Virus record (IMG/VR): IMGVR_UViG_3300018080_000344
From: a virus
Direction: 5' to 3' (one strand)
DNA: 37,523 nt
Positions 1 to 5,617 of this stretch are shown one piece after another; position 1 is the first letter of the stretch, and each line of letters opens with the position of its first letter. A model generated the notes under the pieces. That model saw only the letters and a program-made list of their open reading frames with translations. It did not search any database and was not told where the DNA came from. The position numbers and the translations under genes are program-made.

Positions 1-1342
1 CATCAAGACCACCTACTAAAGAAGTCATTGAAATAGCATTATCTGCAGCTTCTTCAGCAGTTACTACAACTCTACCTGCTGAGCTTGATAAAGTTAAATC
101 AATACCAGCTCCTGTTACTCCAACACTTGAAGCTGTATTTGAAGTAACTGCATAAGCTCCTCCGACTCCGTCGATAGTTAAACCACCGCTTCCATAATCA
201 ATATCAATACCACCAGCAACGTTAGAAGCGTGTAGATAAATTGAATCTGCAGCGGCTTCATCACCAACTATATTTACTGATCCGCCTGAAGAAGATAATG
301 TTAAATCTTCTGAAAGTCCTGTTACTGTAAAGTTAGAAGCTGTAGCACCATCAATAGAAATTCCCGCTCCTGTATCTATTGCAAAAGCTCCGCAAGCTGC
401 ATTACCAATTGTTAATGTATGTGCTGCTGCTGAATTCGCAATACCAATCGCTCTTGCTACTGTTCCTCCACCAATATTAATTGCATTAGCTGCATCATCC
501 TGACCAACATTGAATGTTCCACCTGTTTGAGCAAAATTTCCTGCAACTGTTAATGAACTAAATGTTAATCCACCATTTGAATCTACAGCAAATACTTCCA
601 AGTCAGCTGAATCTAAAAGACTTAATTTATTCAAGCCTGCTGCATCACCAACCTTCAATATTATATCTTGTCCTAATGGAGCTGTAATAGCTACATCAGA
701 TGCTGCAGTATATAAAGGAGAAGTTACAGACGTATTAGCTGTAGCAGTTGTAAAAGTAGCAGCTGCTGGCGTTGTAGCACCAATAATGCCATCCATATTT
801 GCTACTGTAAGAGTTCCAAGCGAATTTAGACTAGCTACAGATACACTTGATGCATTTTCAAAATCAATAACATTTGCCCCTAAATCGTCTCCCATTTGAA
901 TTGTAACATCAGCACCTGCTGCTGCATTAATATCTAAACCTGCAGCTGCTGTAATTATAGGTGTAGTTAAAGACGTAGCTAATGTAACTGCTGCATCTAA
1001 ATTTACAGTTACAACTGCTCCAACTGCAGCTGTAGTGATATTTGTACCACCAGCTATTTGTATACTTCCTCCAACAGGAGTAGCTGTTCCACCATCTCCA
1101 GTTAACTGATCTACGTCTGAAGCTCCAGGACCATTTAAAATCCAAATTGCTCCACCAGATGAATTGACTCCACCGAATTGATATGAAGTAGCTGTATCGA
1201 CTGTAGGTTTGTAAATCCAAGTATCTCCTATTGCGAAATCAGTATCGCTAGTTGTAGGAGCTCTGGAAGCTTTTTTTGCTATGTGAGGAACATCTATAAA
1301 AGGTAGTTCCTTACAATAGGCTTTATAAATTTTTTTTACCAT
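1..1342 (-). CDS. Tail-fibre-like beta-helix repeat protein, 5' part. The ATG is at 1342 and the ORF leaves the left edge, continuing in frame at 37467..36914. Together this is one 631-aa ORF across the circular junction.
   Basis: Hand translation of the minus strand from ATG 1342 (MVKKIYKAYCKELPFIDVPHIAKKASRAPTTSDTDFAIGDTW...) stays open to position 1. It ends ...AEEAADNAISMTSLVGGLD, which is the N-terminus of track ORF 36914..37495. A GAGGA SD lies upstream. The ORF track omits it because there is no stop before the window edge. Confidence 0.8.
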   Translation of the reverse strand, partial: MVKKIYKAYCKELPFIDVPHIAKKASRAPTTSDTDFAIGDTWIYKPTVDTATSYQFGGVNSSGGAIWILNGPGASDVDQLTGDGGTATPVGGSIQIAGGTNITTAAVGAVVTVNLDAAVTLATSLTTPIITAAAGLDINAAAGADVTIQMGDDLGANVIDFENASSVSVASLNSLGTLTVANMDGIIGATTPAAATFTTATANTSVTSPLYTAASDVAITAPLGQDIILKVGDAAGLNKLSLLDSADLEVFAVDSNGGLTFSSLTVAGNFAQTGGTFNVGQDDAANAINIGGGTVARAIGIANSAAAHTLTIGNAACGAFAIDTGAGISIDGATASNFTVTGLSEDLTLSSSGGSVNIVGDEAAADSIYLHASNVAGGIDIDYGSGGLTIDGVGGAYAVTSNTASSVGVTGAGIDLTLSSSAGRVVVTAEEAADNAISMTSLVGGLD

Positions 1343-1394
1343 TGTATCCTCACGTGTTAGAAATGCCCCTATTTATGTGGTTCTGGGCTTTAAA
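1343..1394 (-). promoter_or_regulatory. Leader element, copy F: CAGAACCAC stem-loop plus CTAACACGTGAGGA box directly 5' of the fibre ATG
   Basis: Minus sense reads TTTAAAGCCCAGAACCACATAAATAGGGGCATTTCTAACACGTGAGGATACAATG. It is near-colinear with the portal leader at 19817..19872. Confidence 0.5.
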
Positions 1395-1397
1395 TAT

Positions 1398-1426
1398 ATA
1401 ATAATAAATTTAATCATTTTTTTCAA
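1398..1426 (-). promoter_or_regulatory. Sigma70-like promoter for the fibre operon (TTGAAA-N17-TATTAT)
   Basis: The -35 is at 1426..1421 and the -10 at 1403..1398 on the minus strand. The predicted start falls just 5' of leader element F. Confidence 0.4.
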
Positions 1427-1432
1427 CTAATG

Positions 1433-1472
1433 TTTACATAAAATAAGATATTTTGATATACTGATATCAAAA
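1433..1472 (+). promoter_or_regulatory. Promoter with extended -10 (TTTACA-N18-TGaTATACT), overlapped by the dyad TTTTGATAT-ACTG-ATATCAAAA
   Basis: The -35 is at 1433..1438 and the -10 at 1457..1462. An inverted repeat with 9-bp arms spans 1451..1472, 13 nt upstream of the RHH gene, so it is a likely auto-operator. Confidence 0.5.
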
Positions 1473-1484
1473 ACAAAGAAAGTT

Positions 1485-1700
1485 ATGACAAAAGATAAAA
1501 GATTTATTTTTACACTTAATCCAAGAAAACATCAAATTCTTAAAATTATTGCTATTGAAGATGGAAAAACAATGGGTTTCATAGTTAATCAAGCTTTACG
1601 AGAATTTATGCTCAAACGTGGAGTCGAATGGGATAACACTATTACAGACAAATGTAATTATTGTGATGGTGATCAAAAAACATGTGAGTGTGAAATATAA
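1485..1700 (+). CDS. Ribbon-helix-helix (Arc/CopG/MetJ-type) DNA-binding protein with a Cys-rich tail
   Basis: The N-terminus KRFIFTLNPRKHQILKIIAIEDGKTMGFIVNQALREFMLK fits a beta-strand plus two helices RHH pattern. The C-terminus is CNYCDGDQKTCEC. Confidence 0.6.
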   Translation: MTKDKRFIFTLNPRKHQILKIIAIEDGKTMGFIVNQALREFMLKRGVEWDNTITDKCNYCDGDQKTCECEI

Positions 1701-1789
1701 TGATAATTATAATTGCATTCATTATCATAGTAATAACGATATTCATTATTTGTATTGGAACAACAATACATCTAAAAAAAGAAGAATAA
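1700..1789 (+). CDS. 29-aa hydrophobic peptide (MIIIIAFIIIVITIFIICIGTTIHLKKEE), coupled by TAATG to the RHH gene
   Basis: Its ATG overlaps the RHH stop (TAATG at 1698..1702). It has a single predicted TM segment and a charged C-terminus. It is below the ORF-track length cutoff. Confidence 0.35.
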   Translation: MIIIIAFIIIVITIFIICIGTTIHLKKEE

Positions 1790-1819
1790 AAGTATGTGTG
1801 CTATGGTGGACAGTTTATG
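1784..1819 (+). repeat. 36-nt conserved gene-junction repeat, copy A
   Basis: GAATAAAAGTATGtGTGcTAtGGtGGACAGTTTATG matches 2679..2714 at 32 of 36 positions. It contains the upstream stop, an SD (GGNGGA) and the downstream ATG. Confidence 0.6.
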
Positions 1820-2173
1820 AGTATAACAGTAAAACAGAAAGCATCTAGATGGATAAATATATTAGAAGAACAGCCAATAATTGATGATAAAGAAAGAAAT
1901 GGTTTAAAAGCCGCTCTTGTTTATCATACAATACATGGGGTTGGCTTTGGTTTGTTTTATAGACATATGCCAGAAGAAATAAGTCAGCTTGAAGAGGAGT
2001 ATGATAAAAAATACATCTGCTCAATAGAATTTATTTCATACAAGTTAGATGGGAACTATTATCCAATAACTAAAGATGAAATTAATATAATGGAAGACAA
2101 CATACATTTTAGCAATCTCGGAACTATTACCCATTGGATGTCACTGCCTGACAAACCTAATAAGGAAGGATAA
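1817..2173 (+). CDS. DUF551-like phage protein
   Basis: The C-terminus ...THWMSLPDKPNKEG resembles the DUF551 W-x-x-LP-x-P ending. I prefer ATG 1817 (SD GGTGGA) over the track's GTG at 1796. Confidence 0.5.
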   Translation: MSITVKQKASRWINILEEQPIIDDKERNGLKAALVYHTIHGVGFGLFYRHMPEEISQLEEEYDKKYICSIEFISYKLDGNYYPITKDEINIMEDNIHFSNLGTITHWMSLPDKPNKEG

Positions 2174-2493
2174 TGAGTATATCAGTAAAACAAAAGGAGT
2201 CTACTCAGAATATGAAATTTGTTAGAACAGCATACTATGAATACATAAATTTAAAATATGTTACGCGCATATTTTTTGAAACTGAGAAAGATGAAGACTA
2301 CGACGAATGTTATGCAATATATCTTGAGGTCAACGAAGAGGACATTTTATTTGGATACGTTTTAGATGAAGACTGGGTTTATGAGATAATAGAACAAATG
2401 ATAGACAACGTACACATAACAAATGAATATTTAACTAAAGAAGATATGTATAATCTTTTATATGAAAGGACTAAACATGAAGTCATTACTTAA
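2173..2493 (+). CDS. Hypothetical acidic protein
   Basis: ATGA overlap with the upstream stop. The protein is rich in D, E and Y, and I recognise no motif. Confidence 0.55.
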   Translation: MSISVKQKESTQNMKFVRTAYYEYINLKYVTRIFFETEKDEDYDECYAIYLEVNEEDILFGYVLDEDWVYEIIEQMIDNVHITNEYLTKEDMYNLLYERTKHEVIT

Positions 2494-2678
2494 ACAGAAT
2501 TCGTCTACTCAGATAGACTTCGTTGCAGCAATGCAAGATTTGAAGAAGTCTCGCGCTTGCTTTATTGGCTGTACTTTTAGTAGGACATAAGATTGAAGAT
2601 GTTTTAAGTGCTAATCTAATGGATATTGTCCAACAGCTCGAATCAATAGCTGATAGATTAAGCAATCTAAAGAAAGAT

Positions 2679-2714
2679 GAATAAAAGTATGAGTGTTACG
2701 GGGGACAGTTTATG
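2679..2714 (+). repeat. 36-nt conserved gene-junction repeat, copy B
   Basis: GAATAAAAGTATGaGTGtTAcGGgGGACAGTTTATG. See copy A at 1784..1819. Confidence 0.6.
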
Positions 2715-2933
2715 GATATAAAATTTAGCAAATATGAAAAAAATGATGAGAAGAAGAAACAAGAAAGTTCATTTACATTTGTTTGTTCTTGTCATGATTC
2801 TATGGAAGAACATTTTGAACAAATAATAAAAGAAGATGGAAAGGATGTAGCCAAGTTTGTATTTAACAGTTTTTTACAAAACTATTTAAATACTCAAAAA
2901 AAGCTAGCATCCTTATGTTTGAAGAATTTTTAA
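2712..2933 (+). CDS. Hypothetical protein
   Basis: ORF with a GGGGGA SD inside repeat copy B. Confidence 0.55.
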   Translation: MDIKFSKYEKNDEKKKQESSFTFVCSCHDSMEEHFEQIIKEDGKDVAKFVFNSFLQNYLNTQKKLASLCLKNF

Positions 2934-2949
2934 ATACTTTTTAATATAT

Positions 2950-3351
2950 CTAAACTAGCAAATCTGCTGCGTTTTTAATAATTTTTTTTGACTTCTCTCT
3001 TTTATCTATAATTTCCATTATGATCGAATTAAATTCTTGAAACATAGGCATAAAAAGATTTTTAGTTTTTAAGAATTTTTTCATTGTATCTGATTTATAA
3101 AAATCAAGAAGAAACTTAATCTCAGTATGAGTAAACTCATCGTCAAAAGACTGAATATATTTTGTAACAAAATCATTTTTTAATATTTGCTGAATAGTAA
3201 TATCTTTTATTTCATTAAGAGAATCATTGCTTTTTCTACCTTCTAAAGCCGCATTTACAAAAGGTGTAATTACTTCTTCAAGTTGATCTTTATCTAAAGC
3301 ATATACGTTAATAAATTCTCTAATATCGTTTTCTTTATTTTTGTCTATCAT
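2950..3351 (-). CDS. DUF2059-like protein
   Basis: ...FTHTEIKFLLDFYKSDTMKKFL... resembles the DUF2059 FT-x-x-E...FY-x-S motif. I prefer ATG 3351 (SD AAGGAAGG) over the track's TTG at 3378. Confidence 0.5.
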   Translation of the reverse strand: MIDKNKENDIREFINVYALDKDQLEEVITPFVNAALEGRKSNDSLNEIKDITIQQILKNDFVTKYIQSFDDEFTHTEIKFLLDFYKSDTMKKFLKTKNLFMPMFQEFNSIIMEIIDKREKSKKIIKNAADLLV

Positions 3352-3420
3352 AAAATTTAACCTTCCTTGAGTTACCAATATGTTATCCCAAGGAAGATTT
3401 TAAGTTAAGAAAATAGTGAA

Positions 3421-3744
3421 TTAAGGAAGATGAGGGGCTAGGAAAGGTAAGCAAGCGAATAAACAAGCTGCTCTAAAAGGACCTATAGGCATTCCCATAC
3501 AACCAGCTACACAAGATGCATAAGTAGCAGTTCCGTAGTCAACCAACTGATCATTTCCAGCGACAGCTGCTTGAGCTGTAGGAATATTATTAATAGCTAC
3601 TGCTGTAGCAATAATAGGTATACTAACAATAATAGCTCTTTTAGCTATGCTTTTAAGAGTAGGACTCCAATTATGTGCAAAATTATTTAAATTCTGTAAA
3701 CCAACATTATTATTGGGGTTCCCTACAGGCGTTAAACTACTCAT
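3421..3744 (-). CDS. Secreted or membrane-targeted small Cys-rich (twin CX3C) protein
   Basis: I prefer ATG 3744 (SD AAGGAG). A signal-like segment KRAIIVSIPIIATAVAINNIPTAQA|AV is followed by ...SCVAGC...ACLFAC.... Confidence 0.55.
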   Translation of the reverse strand: MSSLTPVGNPNNNVGLQNLNNFAHNWSPTLKSIAKRAIIVSIPIIATAVAINNIPTAQAAVAGNDQLVDYGTATYASCVAGCMGMPIGPFRAACLFACLPFLAPHLP

Positions 3745-3927
3745 AAAAATATCTCCTTTGTAAAGTTTTAAAAAAAATTTAAAAGAACTTAACATAAAAT
3801 CTTTTTTTATAAAATACGAAAAAAAATTTTAATAAAATTAAGACCTAACCCCACCCTGATTTTAAACGGACGTTGTAAGACATTGAAAACAGATATATCT
3901 ATAAATTATTTTAATTAAGGAAAGAAT

Positions 3928-3956
3928 TTGCTTTTAAAGGGTGTTTTTAATAAAAT
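3928..3956 (+). promoter_or_regulatory. Candidate promoter TTGCTT-N17-TAAAAT upstream of the recombinase
   Basis: Hexamers with 17-nt spacing, found by eye in the 194-bp non-coding gap. Confidence 0.3.
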
Positions 3957-3989
3957 GCTTTTAATTTACAATAAATAGGTTAAAAAACA

Positions 3990-4556
3990 GTGATAATAGG
4001 ATATGCAAGAGTCTCAACTGATGAACAAAAGTTAGATCAACAAGTAGACGCTCTTCTTAAATATGGAATTGATGAACGTAATATTTATAAGGAACAAATA
4101 TCAACTCGTGTAAAAGTTAGACCTAAACTTGCTAAATTATTGAAGTTTTTAACAAAAGGCGATACGTTGGTTGTCTGTAAATTAGATAGGCTTGGAAGAT
4201 CGATAAAACATTTAAAAGAACTAATGGAAGAATTTAAGGAGCGTGAAATAAGTTTTGTTTCTTTAAGCGAACAGATTGATACTCAAACTGCTGTTGGTAA
4301 GATGATATTTCACATGATTTCATCATTTGCCGAGTTTGAGCGTGATTTAATCTCAGAAAGGACTAAAGATGCGCTAACTATATTGAAGAAAAACGGTAAA
4401 TCGCTAGGAAGACCATTTATTTTGAATTCTGAGCAAAAACGAGCTATAGACGACTATCTATCAAGGGGAATGTCGATAGTGGCTATATCACGACTTATAA
4501 ACATAAAATCTAGAACACCTATATATAATTACCTAAAGAGAAAGGAAAATGAATAA
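3990..4556 (+). CDS. Small serine recombinase (resolvase/invertase family)
   Basis: (M)IIGYARVSTDEQ catalytic-Ser motif, LDRLGR, FAEFERDLISERT, and a C-terminal HTH. The start codon is GTG. Confidence 0.9.
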   Translation: MIIGYARVSTDEQKLDQQVDALLKYGIDERNIYKEQISTRVKVRPKLAKLLKFLTKGDTLVVCKLDRLGRSIKHLKELMEEFKEREISFVSLSEQIDTQTAVGKMIFHMISSFAEFERDLISERTKDALTILKKNGKSLGRPFILNSEQKRAIDDYLSRGMSIVAISRLINIKSRTPIYNYLKRKENE

Positions 4557-4785
4557 AAATCAAAAAATATATAGACAATGTCATCATAAATGTGAAAGAT
4601 GTGGATCTCAAAATGGTTTGTTAGTCCATCATATAGATCAAGATAGAAGTAATAATCAATTTAGCAACTTTGAAGTCGTATGCTCCTCTTGTCACGCTAT
4701 AATACATCATAGAATTGCAAATATTCCTAAATTTAGACATTATTTTTATACAAATCCTTATCAGTTAACTTTTAATTTTAATTAG
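4549..4785 (+). CDS. HNH endonuclease
   Basis: CERCG...LLVHHID...N...VCSSCHAIIHH. Overlaps the recombinase by 8 nt. Confidence 0.8.
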   Translation: MNKNQKIYRQCHHKCERCGSQNGLLVHHIDQDRSNNQFSNFEVVCSSCHAIIHHRIANIPKFRHYFYTNPYQLTFNFN

Positions 4786-4792
4786 GTAAAAC

Positions 4793-5212
4793 ATGAAAAA
4801 ATATGTAGATGTAAAAGATATTGTTAATAATGAAAAATATCCATTTAGTTTAGGACAAATAAGATCTCTTTTAACTAAAAGAAGAAAAAATGGCCTTTAT
4901 AAATGCGTTAGAAAAATTGGAAAAAAAATTTATATTAGAGAAGATTTGTTTGATGAATGGATTGAGTCACATACTGAATTAGAAGATCATAAACATGAAC
5001 CTAAAAATATAGAAGATTGTACAATTTCCATTGATGAGCTAAATCTTTCTTCAAGAACTACTAATTGTTTAAAAGCGTTTGGTATTAAATATCTTAAAAG
5101 TCTAACAGAAACAACTGAAAATGAACTTAGATCTATTAAAAATATGGGAATCAGATCAATAAATGAAATAAAAGATAAATTAGCATCACTTGGTTTTTTG
5201 CTAAAAGAATAG
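4793..5212 (+). CDS. Fusion of an excisionase/MerR-type HTH with an RNA polymerase alpha-subunit C-terminal-domain-like domain
   Basis: The N-terminus ...KCVRKIGKKIYIREDLFDEWI resembles HTH_17. The C-terminus IDELNLSSRTTNCLKAFGIKYLKSLTETTENELRSIKNMGIRSINEIKDKLASLGF aligns by eye to E. coli alpha CTD [56 protein letters not shown]. Confidence 0.75.
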   Translation: MKKYVDVKDIVNNEKYPFSLGQIRSLLTKRRKNGLYKCVRKIGKKIYIREDLFDEWIESHTELEDHKHEPKNIEDCTISIDELNLSSRTTNCLKAFGIKYLKSLTETTENELRSIKNMGIRSINEIKDKLASLGFLLKE

Positions 5213-5286
5213 TAACATTAATTATTTTAAATAGTGTAATTAATTGTAAATAATGTTACAGTATAATTAAAAGAAAGGGTAATAAG

Positions 5287-5559
5287 ATGGAATGGGCACA
5301 ATTTTTAATTTTAATAGCAACACTAGCAGGGTTATTTTTTTGGAATAGATCTGAATCAAATGCAGATAGAAGAGGCCTTAATGCAGAAACTAATGAACTA
5401 CGCAGAAGCTTTAATGAAGAAACTAAAGAAATACGCAAAGAATTAATAGAAGCTGTTAAATCAATTGATAAAGAAATGAAAGATTTCCATATAAAATACA
5501 TGCAGGAAACTAAGGACTTCCATTCTCGTTTATGCATTATTGAAGAAAGGAGGAAGTAG
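5287..5559 (+). CDS. Membrane-anchored coiled-coil protein
   Basis: N-terminal TM segment WAQFLILIATLAGLFFW followed by a charged helical region with E(M/T)KDFH repeats. A TATAAT box lies at 5262..5267. The antisense track ORF 5256..5537 is rejected. Confidence 0.55.
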   Translation: MEWAQFLILIATLAGLFFWNRSESNADRRGLNAETNELRRSFNEETKEIRKELIEAVKSIDKEMKDFHIKYMQETKDFHSRLCIIEERRK

Positions 5560-5560
5560 G

Positions 5561-5617
5561 ATGTGGTATTTTATAGCTAGTCTATTATTTGCAGTATTGA
5601 TTGATTTTGAGAAATAA
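5561..5617 (+). CDS. 18-aa hydrophobic peptide (MWYFIASLLFAVLIDFEK)
   Basis: A perfect AGGAGG SD lies 6 nt upstream. Its stop abuts the stop of the convergent 774-aa gene. Confidence 0.3.
   Translation: MWYFIASLLFAVLIDFEK

Noticed and set aside
927-1220. Track ORF on the minus strand (97 aa, rich in W, S and Y)
   Set aside because: It is an alternative frame inside the hand-verified 631-aa fibre ORF. The sequence is low-complexity and has no SD.
1343-1394. Reading the bipartite element as an ECF/sigmaE-type promoter (GAAC ... TCTAA or CGT)
   Set aside because: The distance from GAAC to the candidate -10 is 18, 22 and 20 nt in the three full copies. Copy PB has only 13 nt before the ATG. 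Variable spacing argues against a fixed-geometry promoter.
1618-1848. Track ORF overlapping the RHH gene end and the junction repeat
   Set aside because: It is out of frame with better-supported genes (RHH, the 29-aa peptide and the 1817 start) and is rich in N, Y and H. Nested frames 10177..10422, 15138..15326, 17467..17679, 23335..23568, 5256..5537, 28280..28468 and 28475..28681 are rejected for the same reason.
3990-4556. Idea that the serine recombinase is a Gin/Cin/Hin-type invertase switching the tail-fibre tips
   Set aside because: I found no inverted repeats flanking any fibre segment. The duplicated fibre tips (30751..30855 versus 31269.., and 32037.. versus 32764..) are all in direct orientation. 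The ATATCAAAAAC similarity to a hix half-site at 1464..1474 is arranged as an operator-type dyad with the opposite half-site polarity. I could not run an exhaustive search, so this remains open.
3907-5232. An 11-bp direct repeat AATTATTTTAA (about 3910 and about 5220) flanking the recombinase-HNH-HTH/alpha-CTD block, as a possible target-site duplication
   Set aside because: It is a pure A/T 11-mer in a very AT-rich genome, so a chance match within two intergenic regions of about 100 bp is plausible. There are no associated terminal inverted repeats.
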